Assembly (NCBI GenBank): GCA_963778955.1 | Contig: CAVZWI010000001.1 | Span: forward strand, 218,823-282,822 | DNA: 64,000 bases | Direction: 5' to 3' | Source of the DNA: an uncultured Chloroflexia bacterium | GTDB lineage: Bacteria; Chloroflexota; Limnocylindria; Limnocylindrales; CSP1-4 | Part shown: positions 54,494 through 63,676 of the stretch, piece after piece | Numbering within the stretch: position 1 is the first letter of the stretch | Layout: the number at the start of each line of letters is the position of its first letter | Made by a program: the position numbers and the translations under genes | Notes under the pieces: generated by a model | Databases searched by the model: none | What the model was told of the DNA's origin: nothing | What the model saw: only the letters and a program-made list of their open reading frames with translations

Positions 54494-54510
54494 TCATCCC
54501 TTTCGGATGT
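54494..54510. promoter_or_regulatory. Inverted MalT-box-like site 6 (TCATCC-CTTTC-GGATGT)
   Basis: One mismatch; lies between the divergent regulator and holin-phosphodiesterase genes. Confidence 0.7.
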
Positions 54511-54615
54511 CGCGTGATCGACGCACGAAACCGAGAGTATCGATAGCGATCTCGCAACAGCATTGGATGGAACGTCGGACATGAGGCAGCGCCCTGACCC
54601 CGGTCTTCAGCTCCC

Positions 54616-56778
54616 ATGAACAGCCTGAACAAGCTCGTCGCACTCTATCGAACGCAGATCGGGCTGCTGTGGCACTGGCGCCTGGGCCGTGGTGCGCTCG
54701 TCAAGCGAGCACTCATCTCCCTGGTCGCGGCCCTCATCGCCTTCTGGCTCACGGCCTGGCTCGTGCCGGGCCTCCTGGAGATCACCGAGCTCGGCGGCGG
54801 TCTGCTTGCGATCCTGTTCATCAGTGCCCTCAACCTGCTGGTGCGCCCGGCCCTGCTGGTGCTGGTGGCCGGACGCTTCGTGCTGCTGGTGATCGCGACA
54901 CTGCTCTTCCAGGCGCTCGTCATCTGGTTGCTCACGCCGCTCGTCCCGGGCGTCACGGTGGAGGGCGGCATCCTCGGCGCCCTGCTGGTGTCGTTCATCC
55001 TTGGCTTCTTCACCGGCGCCGCCGGTATCCTCTTCGGCCTGGGTGAGGACGACTCCTACTACGGCGCGCTCGTGCGCACGCTGGCCACGCGCCGGGACGA
55101 CGTCATCCACAGCGACGAACCCGGACTCATCATCATCCAGGTCGACGGGCTGTCGCACGATGTCCTGTCGCATTCGCTGCGCGCGGGACGCGTGCCCTAC
55201 CTCAGCCGCCTGGTCCGCTCGGGAAGCCACAAGCTCGCCCACTGGACGGCGCTGCTGCCGTCGACGACACCGGCCAGCCAGGCCGGCATCCTGCATGGCA
55301 ACAACGACGGCATCCCCAACTTCCGCTGGTACGAGAAGGAGACCGGGCAGCTGCTGGTGGCCAACCATCCCGAGGACGCGACCGTCATCGAGTCTCGCAT
55401 CTCGAATGGCGAGGGCCTGCTGAGCCCGGGCGGCGCCAGCATCAGCAACATCTTCACCGGGGACGGCGACCGCGCCTTCCTGGTGATGTCCACCATCAAG
55501 GTCAAGGAGCGCGGCCTGGGCCAGTCCAACGCGTTCGCGCACTACTTCGCGAGCCCCTACAACTACCTCACCATGCTGGCGCAATACCTTGCCGAGGTGG
55601 TCAAGGAGAACATCCAGTCGCGGCGCCAGACCCGTGCCGGCATCGAACCACGGATGCATCGAGGCTTCCCCTACCCCTGGGTGCGTGGCGCGACCAATGT
55701 GGCCCTGCGTGCGCTGGGCACGTCACTGATCATCGAAGAGATGATGCGCGGCACGCCCGTCGTCTACATGGACTACACCGACTACGACGAGATCGCGCAC
55801 CACAGCGGACCCGAGCGCGCCGAGTCGCTCGACGCGCTCGACGGCGTGGACCGCGAGCTGGCGACGCTGGCCAAGGCGGCCGGGGACGCGCCGCGACCCT
55901 ATCGCTTCGTCTACCTCGCTGACCATGGCCAGAGCCTGGGGGCCACATTCCTGCAGCGTTACGGCGTGACCTTGCAGGACGTGGTGCGTTCGCTCATGGG
56001 CGGAACGGCTTCGGTGGCTGCCGCGACCGCGCAGATCGAGGACTGGGGCCCGCTCAACACGTTCCTCAGCGAAGTCGGCCAGACAGACAGCGTGGCCGGC
56101 TCGGTCACCCGCACCGCGACGCGCCACCGCAGCAAGGACGGCCAGGTCGACCTCGGGCCCGACCAAGGGTTCGTGGTCGAGGGCACGAGCGCTGACACCA
56201 AGGCAGGGTCCGGCGAGGACGAGCCCGCGGACCTCATCGTGGTCGCCGGCGGCAACCTCGCGCTGGTGTACTTCACCGCCATCGACGGGCGCGCCGACTT
56301 GCAGCAGATCGAGGCGGCCTATCCCGACCTCGTGGACGCGCTCGCCAACCATCCGGGTATCGGCGTGCTCATCGTGCGCTCGGACGCCCACGGGCTGCTG
56401 GCTGTCGGCGGCGGCGGCATCCACTACCTCGACGAGGACCGCGTCGAAGGCGTCGACCCGCTCGCCGTCTATGGCGAGCATGCGTCCGCAGCCGTGCGGC
56501 GGCTCGACGAGATCGAGCATGTCGGCGACCTCGCGGTCATCAGCACCTATGACCCCGAGACCGGCGATATCGCCGCCTTCGAGGAGCTCATCGGCGCCCA
56601 CGGCGGGCTCGGTGGACCGCAGACCAAGCCGTTCCTGTTGCATCCGGCCGACTGGGAGCTGGACCTCGCGCCGCTCCTTGGTGCACCGATGGTCTACAAG
56701 CAGCTCCGGCACTGGATGGAGGACGAGCTGGGTATGACCTTCGGGCCTCAGCCCGGACGAGACGACGCGACAACCTGA
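54616..56778 (+). CDS. Fusion of a 4-TM phage-holin-like (superfamily IV-type) domain and an alkaline-phosphatase-superfamily phosphodiesterase domain
   Basis: N-terminal TM block (LVAALIAFWLTAWLVPG...LNLLVRPAL...NTLLFQ-like IATLLFQ...PGVTVEGG...ALLVS); C-terminal IQVDGLS, LPSTTPASQAGILHG, DYDEIAHH and ADHGQ. Confidence 0.82.
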   Translation: MNSLNKLVALYRTQIGLLWHWRLGRGALVKRALISLVAALIAFWLTAWLVPGLLEITELGGGLLAILFISALNLLVRPALLVLVAGRFVLLVIATLLFQALVIWLLTPLVPGVTVEGGILGALLVSFILGFFTGAAGILFGLGEDDSYYGALVRTLATRRDDVIHSDEPGLIIIQVDGLSHDVLSHSLRAGRVPYLSRLVRSGSHKLAHWTALLPSTTPASQAGILHGNNDGIPNFRWYEKETGQLLVANHPEDATVIESRISNGEGLLSPGGASISNIFTGDGDRAFLVMSTIKVKERGLGQSNAFAHYFASPYNYLTMLAQYLAEVVKENIQSRRQTRAGIEPRMHRGFPYPWVRGATNVALRALGTSLIIEEMMRGTPVVYMDYTDYDEIAHHSGPERAESLDALDGVDRELATLAKAAGDAPRPYRFVYLADHGQSLGATFLQRYGVTLQDVVRSLMGGTASVAAATAQIEDWGPLNTFLSEVGQTDSVAGSVTRTATRHRSKDGQVDLGPDQGFVVEGTSADTKAGSGEDEPADLIVVAGGNLALVYFTAIDGRADLQQIEAAYPDLVDALANHPGIGVLIVRSDAHGLLAVGGGGIHYLDEDRVEGVDPLAVYGEHASAAVRRLDEIEHVGDLAVISTYDPETGDIAAFEELIGAHGGLGGPQTKPFLLHPADWELDLAPLLGAPMVYKQLRHWMEDELGMTFGPQPGRDDATT

Positions 56779-56809
56779 GCCCTTCCACACCGTGGGAACT
56801 CAAGAACCC

Positions 56810-57535
56810 TCAGGTTGACGTTTCAGCTTCTTCTACCGGCGCGGGGTCGCTTGCCGGGGCCAGGAACAGGTTGGCGAGAAAGCCGGTGAGGGTGCCGAAG
56901 ACGCCGACCCCGACGATGATGATCATCGAGCCGATGACTCGTCCGGCGTTGGTGACTGGATACTGGTCGCCGTAGCCGACGGTCGACATGGTGACGATCA
57001 TGTACCACAGCGAGTCAGCGGCCGTGGTGATGTTCGCCGCCGGACTGCTGCGCTCCACGGCAAGGATGGCCAGGCTGCCGAACTCCATCACCAGGATGGC
57101 GATGAGGAAGACCAGCAGCAATCCGCCCGTGGCCCGGTTTCTGAAGAACGCTGTCACCGCAGCCCCCAGCCCACCCATGCGGCCGACCACGCGGACGACA
57201 CGGAAGATGCGCAGGATGCGGGCGATCCGGAGCGCCGGGATGATGCTGATGGCGTCGAGCCAACCACGCCCCTTGGTGAAGTAGGCGCGGTTGTCGTCAG
57301 CCACGTTGAGGCGTCGGAGCAGGTCGACCGCGAAGATGACGACGAGGATCAGGTCCATGATGGTGATGATCTGATCCAGGTCGGGATTGCGGATGAGGAG
57401 CGCCAGGACCAGGTTGACGATGGAGAGGATGGCGACCGCCAGCACGAAGATCTCCCAGGGCATGGAGAGCAGGACCTGGCCGTCTTCGGACTGCGTGCCC
57501 CAGTGGTCGCGATCAGGGGTCTGTTGGGATGTCAT
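56810..57535 (-). CDS. Voltage-gated-type potassium channel (6-TM ion transporter)
   Basis: Selectivity filter TMSTVGYGD; S4 helix LRIARILRIFRVVRVVGR; no C-terminal RCK domain. Confidence 0.88.
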   Translation of the reverse strand: MTSQQTPDRDHWGTQSEDGQVLLSMPWEIFVLAVAILSIVNLVLALLIRNPDLDQIITIMDLILVVIFAVDLLRRLNVADDNRAYFTKGRGWLDAISIIPALRIARILRIFRVVRVVGRMGGLGAAVTAFFRNRATGGLLLVFLIAILVMEFGSLAILAVERSSPAANITTAADSLWYMIVTMSTVGYGDQYPVTNAGRVIGSMIIIVGVGVFGTLTGFLANLFLAPASDPAPVEEAETST

Positions 57536-57658
57536 CAGTGTCTCCTCGGGGTGTTCGTGTTGCGACGTTGATACCACTATCTGCAAGCCGCATGGGTCCC
57601 GGGCCGTCGCGGCGGCTACCCTGAAGAAGTCACATCGAGAGCGCATGCGAGGGACCTG

Positions 57659-59299
57659 GTGAAACTGGCTGAGGCGTTGCTCACCGCACTACGGGACGCC
57701 GGAGCGCGTGAGATCTTCGGCATCCCCGGCGACTTCGCGTTGCCCCTCTTCGAGGTCATCGAGCGTACGCGTATCCTGCCGCTCTACACGCTCAGCCACG
57801 AACCGGCCGTGGGCTTCGCGGCCGATGCGGCCACGCGCTTCCATGGCGGCATCGGGGTGGCCGCCATCACCTACGGCGCCGGCGCCTTCAACCTCGTCAA
57901 CGCCATCGCGGGCGCCTATGCCGAGCGCACGCCGCTGGTGGTGCTGTCCGGTGCACCCTCTCGAGCCGAGCGCTCCAGCGGCCTGCTGGTCCATCACCAG
58001 GCGCGCACGCTCGACTCGCAGCTGAACGTCTATCGGGAGATCACCTGCGACCAGGCGGTGCTGGACGACCCAGCGACCGCCACGGACGCTATCGCCCGCG
58101 TCCTGCGCAGCTGCCGAGAGCGCTCGCAGCCGGTGTACCTGGAGATCCCGCGCGACATGGTGGCGGTCGAGGTCGGCGCCGTGCCGGATCTGCCCCCGAG
58201 CCCGGTCGATGCCGATGCTGTGGAGGCGGCCGCGGTGGAGGTGATGGAGCGCCTGTCGGCAGCACGCTCACCGGTCCTGATGGTCGATGCCGAGATCCGG
58301 CGTTACGGTATCGAGACAGAGGTCGCCGATCTGGCAGACCGCCTGGGCATCCCCGTGGTCACCACCTTCATGGGTCGGGGACTGCTGGCCGGATCGGCCA
58401 ATCCGCCCCTGGGGACCTATATCGGCGCGGCCGGCCAGGCGGAGATCACCCGACTCGTCGAATCGTCCGATGCGCTGCTGCTCCTCGGCGTCATCCTGTC
58501 AGACACCAACTTCGCGGTGTCCATGCGCCAGATCGACCTGCGCCAGACCATCATCGCCGCGGAGCGGCAGGTGCGCCTGGGCTTCCACGTCTACGCCGAC
58601 CTCCCGCTGGCAGCACTGGTCAGGGCCATGGCCGCGATGGCTCGGCCACTGGGTACCCGACCCGACCTGCCGGCCCCGCCCGAACCGCCCTACGACCTGG
58701 CCGCCGACGAAGCGCCCCTGACCCCGACCGATATCGCGACGGCCGTCAACGACATGATGCGGAGCCACGGCCCCATGCCGATGGCCTCGGACATGGGCGA
58801 CTGCCTCTTCACCGCCATGGATATCGCACAGCACGCACTGGCAGCGCCGGGCTACTACGCCGGCATGGGCTTCGGCGTGCCCGGCGGGCTCGGCATCCAG
58901 GCGGCCACCGGCGAGCGCCCGCTGATCCTCGTCGGCGATGGCGCCTTCCAGATGACCGGCTGGGAGCTGGGCAACTGCCGCCGCTATGGCTGGAACCCCA
59001 TCGTCATCGTCTTCAACAACGCCTCCTGGGAGATGCTGCGCGCGTTCCAGCCGGACGCCGGCTATAACGACCTCGACGACTGGCCCTTCCACGACCTCGC
59101 CGGACCGCTGGGTGGCCTGGGCATCCGCGTCTGGACCCGCCGCGAGCTGGCTGAGGCGCTGGAGCTGGCGGTCGCCACTCGTGACCGCTTCGTGCTCATC
59201 GACGTGGTCATGGAGCGGGGCCGGATGTCGGACACGCTAAGCCGCTTCGTCGAGGGCTTCAAGCGCCGCCGAGCCGCGACCGAGGGCGGGGCCGGATAG
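57659..59299 (+). CDS. ipdC: Indolepyruvate/phenylpyruvate decarboxylase (ThDP-dependent)
   Basis: FGIPGDFALP, LSHEPAVGFAADA, TYGAGAFN, LVHHQ, PVYLEIPRDM, and ThDP motif GDGAFQMTGWELG...NNASW. Confidence 0.85.
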   Translation: MKLAEALLTALRDAGAREIFGIPGDFALPLFEVIERTRILPLYTLSHEPAVGFAADAATRFHGGIGVAAITYGAGAFNLVNAIAGAYAERTPLVVLSGAPSRAERSSGLLVHHQARTLDSQLNVYREITCDQAVLDDPATATDAIARVLRSCRERSQPVYLEIPRDMVAVEVGAVPDLPPSPVDADAVEAAAVEVMERLSAARSPVLMVDAEIRRYGIETEVADLADRLGIPVVTTFMGRGLLAGSANPPLGTYIGAAGQAEITRLVESSDALLLLGVILSDTNFAVSMRQIDLRQTIIAAERQVRLGFHVYADLPLAALVRAMAAMARPLGTRPDLPAPPEPPYDLAADEAPLTPTDIATAVNDMMRSHGPMPMASDMGDCLFTAMDIAQHALAAPGYYAGMGFGVPGGLGIQAATGERPLILVGDGAFQMTGWELGNCRRYGWNPIVIVFNNASWEMLRAFQPDAGYNDLDDWPFHDLAGPLGGLGIRVWTRRELAEALELAVATRDRFVLIDVVMERGRMSDTLSRFVEGFKRRRAATEGGAG

Positions 59300-59714
59300 G
59301 GCCCACCCGGAGGCACACCGGGACCTGATCGTGCGCGTCTAGGGTTGGAGCGGCTACTTCTGCGAGTTCTCGCCCGAGTACCAGGACCACGCCATCGCTC
59401 GCCGCACTCAAGTCGTGCAGCCGACCGATTCGGGATCCGGCGTCCAGCTGGCACGAATCCCAGATAGAGCGAACACGAACGGTCCATCTGGGCCGTTGCC
59501 GCCCGTGGCCCGACCGCCTACGCCTGCCACGCAGCCGTCGCCGCCGTCGAGTGGGGACTCCCATGCCCGCGGGGGCATGATCCGGCACCCTCTCCGAGGC
59601 CGACCGGGCTGATCCCCACCAGAAGCCCCGCCTACCGCGCGAATCTGTTCGCTCTATCTGGGTAACCGGCCAGATAGTGGACGAACGACGCTGGGATCAT
59701 GAGCCCGGACTCGC

Positions 59715-60800
59715 TCAGCCGCCGGCTCCTGCAGCAGGCGGAGGCCCGGTGGAGTCGCGCACCACGAGCTCCGCCTGAAAGACCGGGTGCAGGTCCATCA
59801 CAGGCTGGGCGGCTCGGTCGAGCAGGCCGATGGCGATGTCCATGGCGGCGGTGACCATGGCCCGCACGGGCATGCGCATGGTCGTCAGCGGCGGCATGAT
59901 GACATGGGCACCCGGGATATCGTCGATGCCGGTCACCGAGACATCCGCCGGCACCCGGAGCCCACGCTGAAGCGCAGCGTGCACCAGACCGATGGCCTGG
60001 ACATCGGTCGCACCGACGATGGCCGTGGGTGGATCGTCCAGGCTCATCAGGTGATGCAGCGCCTCGATGCCGCCTTCGTATTCGTTCACGGTGTCCGGCA
60101 TGTACTCGGGTCGGACTCGCCAGCCGCGCTGCCTGAGGAACGCCTCGTAGGCCTCTTCGCGTTCCACGATGTCACCCAGCAGCTTCCTGCCGACGAAGGC
60201 GATGCGCTCGTGGCCGAGCGATGAAAGGTGCCCCATCACTGTCGTGATGGCGGCGCGATTGTCCACGTTGACGGTGGGGATGACGGTCGAACGCGAACCG
60301 TGCCAGAGCGCCACGACCGGCTCACGCGTGCTCTCGAGTCCCTCGATGAGCGCGGGCTGATCGCTCAGGTCGCCGAGCAGCAGGATGGCGTCGCAGTGGC
60401 GTGATTCCAGGATGGCCCACAGTTCGACCGCTTCGCCCGCACTCCCCTGGGCGTGGCCCAGCACGACGTTGTAGCTGTGCCGGCGAGCTTCGGATGTGAC
60501 AGCCTCGATGATGGCGGGGAAGCTGGGGTCGGTGATGTCACGGATGACGGCGCCGAGCAGCATGGTGCGCGCACCCATGAGGCCGCGCGCCAACGGGTTG
60601 GGTCGATAGCCGAGGCGCTTGGCCGTCTCCAATACCCGTTCGCGGGTAGCCGCCGCGATGGGGATGGCGGTGGGAGCGTCACTCAAGACGCGTGAGACGG
60701 TCGATTGCGAGACCTGGGTGGCCTCAGCGATATCGCGCATCGTGGGCACACCCGAGGCGACGCTCGCGGACACCGCGGGCGGGCTGCCCTCGGGACCCAT
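59715..60800 (-). CDS. LacI family transcriptional regulator
   Basis: HTH TMRDIAEATQVSQSTVSRVLS, LGYRPNPLARGL, VNVDN, LGHERIAF, DVSVTGIDD and PPLTT. Confidence 0.93.
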   Translation of the reverse strand: MGPEGSPPAVSASVASGVPTMRDIAEATQVSQSTVSRVLSDAPTAIPIAAATRERVLETAKRLGYRPNPLARGLMGARTMLLGAVIRDITDPSFPAIIEAVTSEARRHSYNVVLGHAQGSAGEAVELWAILESRHCDAILLLGDLSDQPALIEGLESTREPVVALWHGSRSTVIPTVNVDNRAAITTVMGHLSSLGHERIAFVGRKLLGDIVEREEAYEAFLRQRGWRVRPEYMPDTVNEYEGGIEALHHLMSLDDPPTAIVGATDVQAIGLVHAALQRGLRVPADVSVTGIDDIPGAHVIMPPLTTMRMPVRAMVTAAMDIAIGLLDRAAQPVMDLHPVFQAELVVRDSTGPPPAAGAGG

Positions 60801-60881
60801 CTGAACTCGCCGACCAGCTCGTGCCATCGATACCCTCGTTCCTCCGACTCCCCATCCTAGCGGCCCGGTCTCATATCCTGC

Positions 60882-60919
60882 TTGACGTCCTTACATGCGC
60901 TTGCATACAATCGCTTGCA
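60882..60919 (+). promoter_or_regulatory. araA promoter with two tandem LacI-type operators
   Basis: TTGACG at 60882-60887 and TACAAT at 60906-60911 (18-nt spacer). TACATGCGCTTGCA (60892-60905) and TACAATCGCTTGCA (60906-60919) each have a central CG. Confidence 0.75.
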
Positions 60920-60965
60920 GTCATGGGGACTTGGGCCTGCTCAGGCCCAGGAGAGGGGGTTCGGG

Positions 60966-62469
60966 ATGGCGTTCGATGGGCTGCGGATCTGGTTCCTGAC
61001 AGGCAGCATCCACTACTACGACGATGCGACCCGGCAGAAGGTCGCCGAGCAATCCACGCTCATCGTGCGTGGGCTCCAGGCAACTGCTCGAGATCCCCGT
61101 CGAACTCGTCCAGCTGCCGACACTGCTGGACCCCGACGCCATCCGCCGGGCCTGCCTCGAGGCCTCCGCCGACGATGCCTGTATCGGGGTCATCGGCTGG
61201 ATGCACACGTTCAGCCCGGCCAAGATGTGGATCGCCGGGCTGCAGGCGCTCTCGAAGCCCTTCCTGCACCTCCACACCCAGTACGGTGCCGACCTGCCCT
61301 ACGGCGACATCGACATGGACTTCATGAACCTCAACCAGTCGGCCCACGGGGACCGCGAGTTCGCCTACCTCATGACGCGGCTGCGCCTGCCCCGCAAGAT
61401 CATCGCCGGCCACTGGGCCGACCCGGTGGTGCAGCGGCGCATCGGCGCCTGGAGCCGTGCCTGTGCCGGCGCCCACGAGGCCCGCCACCTGCGCGTCATC
61501 CGCTTCGGCGACAACATGCGCGAGGTGGCCGACACCGACGGTGACAAGGTCGAGGTGCAGGCGAGGCTGGGGACCTCGGTCAACACCTACCCGGTCAACG
61601 AGCTGGTGGCGGTGGTGGAGCAGGTGGGCGATGCCGAGGTCGAGCGGCTCTGTGCCGAGTACGACGACGCCTACACCGTCGTGCCGCAGCTGCGACCCGG
61701 TGGCGAGCGTCGTGGCTCGCTGCGTGATGCCGCCCGCATCGAGCTGGGCCTGCGGGCCTTCCTGGCCGACCACGGCGCCATGGCCTTCGTCGACACCTTC
61801 GAGGACCTCGGCGGCCTCCGGCAGCTGCCCGGCATCGGCGCCCAGCGCCTGATGGCCGACGGCTACGGCTTCGGGGCCGAGGGTGACTGGAAGTCCTCGC
61901 TGCTGGTGCGCATCGTGAAGGCCATGAGCGAGGGCCTGCCCGGTGGTGTCAGCTTCATGGAGGACTACACCTACGACCTCGGGGCCGCCAGTCCGGCCAT
62001 CCTCGGCGCGCACATGCTGGAGGTCTGTCCGAGCATCGCCGCCGAGACCCCCAGTTGCGAGATCCACCCGCTCTTCGTGGGTGGCCGCGAGGACCCGGTG
62101 CGACTCGTCTTCTCTGGCGCTGCCGGGCCGGGCGTCGTGGTCGGGCTCGTCGACCTGGGCACGCACCTGCGACTGGTGGCGAACGCGATCGACGCGGTGG
62201 CACCACCCGCCGAGTTGCCGGCGCTGCCGGTGGCCCGGGCGCTGTGGGAGCCGCGACCCGACTTCACCACATCAGCCGAGGCCTGGCTGCTCGCGGGTGG
62301 CCCCCACCACACCGCCTACTCCCAGGCCGTCGACCTCGAGGTCATCGAGGACCTCGCCCGCATGCTCGACGTGGAGCTGCTGGCCATCGATGCCGACACC
62401 ACCACCCGGGCCTTCGCCAAGGAGGTGCGCTGGAGCGCCGCCTACCGGCACCTGGCCGGGGCGGTATAG
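60966..62469 (+). CDS. araA: L-arabinose isomerase (apparent +1 frameshift at 61089)
   Basis: [69 protein letters not shown] and GGPHH; 500 codons once one base is removed. Confidence 0.93.
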
Positions 62470-62633
62470 GGGGGACGTTCGACAAGCTTGCAGATGACAG
62501 CTTGCAGGTAGAGGAGGTGACCCACAGGACCACGACGAACGAGATCACGAGGTGGAAACGGATGGCTACATCCGAGCAACCACGGTGAAGACAGAAGCGT
62601 GGCCGAAAGGCTACGAGGATGGAGGATCGACTC

Positions 62634-63600
62634 ATGCGACGACTTGGTGTCAGTTCGGCTGTCATGGCGGCAGCAGCACTGGTGGTAGCGATGGTGCCCG
62701 CGGGCGCGGTCGCACAGGACGGCCCGGTCATCGGGCTTTCCGTCAAGACCATCACCAATGACCCCTTCCAGGCTGCCTGGGTCCAGGCGGCGACGGACAC
62801 GGTCGAGGGACTCGGGGGCACGGTCCAGCTCCTGGTGGCCGGCGGGCAGACTGCGGTCGCCAGCCAGTCGAGCCAGCTCGAAGACCTCGTCACCCAGCAG
62901 GTCGACGGCATCATCGTGAGCCCACTCGATGGAATCCGCGGTCCTGCCCGCACTGCAGAAGGCCAAGGATGCCGGTGTCCCGGTCATCCTGGTCGACCAG
63001 CCCATCGCGGCCGGCAACGAGGCGCTCTACGAGACCCTCATCGCGACCGACAACGTGAATGCTGGGCGCGAGCTGGCCACCTACCTCGTCACGGCGATGC
63101 CCGACCCTGAGCTCAAGGTCGCCATCATCGAGGGCGCACCCGGCTCGGTGGCCGGCGATGACCGTCTTGCCGGCTTCATCGAGGGCCTGGCCTCGGGCGG
63201 CATCACGCCGGTCGCCTCCGCCACCGGCGGGTGGGACAACGCCGTGGCCCTGGCCGCGATGGAGAACATCATCACCGCCAACCCCGACCTCCAGGCCGTC
63301 CTCTCCGCCAGCGACGTCATGGTCGACGGCATCCTGCAGGCACTCGCCGGTGCCGGCAAGACCGACGTGGCGGTCCTCGCCATCGACGGTTCCACGGTCG
63401 GCATCCAGGGCGTCCTTGACGGCAAGCTCCTGGCTGACAACACCCAGGACCCCATGGCGATGGGCTCCATGGCGGCCGAGTTCGCCGTGGGCATCGCCAA
63501 CGGTGAGATCGAGCCCGGCTCGCTCGACAAGTACATCGACTCGGGCACCACGACGGTGACGATCGACAACGCCGAAGAGGCCATGGCGAAGGCCTTCTAG
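62634..63600 (+). CDS. Sugar ABC transporter substrate-binding protein, RbsB-like (apparent +1 frameshift at about 62933)
   Basis: Signal peptide, ITNDPF, QVDGIIVSP, AGVPVILVD, IATDNVNAG, DDRLAGF and VLAIDGS. Confidence 0.88.
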
Positions 63601-63622
63601 CGGCCTCTTCCACGTCCAACTC

Positions 63623-63656
63623 GCTGGCGCACCACCCAGGTCGGTGGTGCGCCAGC
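63623..63656 (+). other. Perfect 14-bp stem-loop after the binding-protein gene (mRNA stabiliser or partial terminator)
   Basis: GCTGGCGCACCACC-CAGGTC-GGTGGTGCGCCAGC; no U-tract follows. Confidence 0.7.
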
Positions 63657-63676
63657 CGTCACCGGAGGCCCTGGCG

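Noticed and set aside
54616-55100. Holin-like domain as evidence of a prophage
   Set aside because: No integrase, terminase, capsid, tail or endolysin genes in the window, and the domain is fused to an enzyme.
59300-59714. Intergenic region after ipdC as an ncRNA or small gene
   Set aside because: No recognisable RNA family, no convincing start signal, and translations lack motifs.
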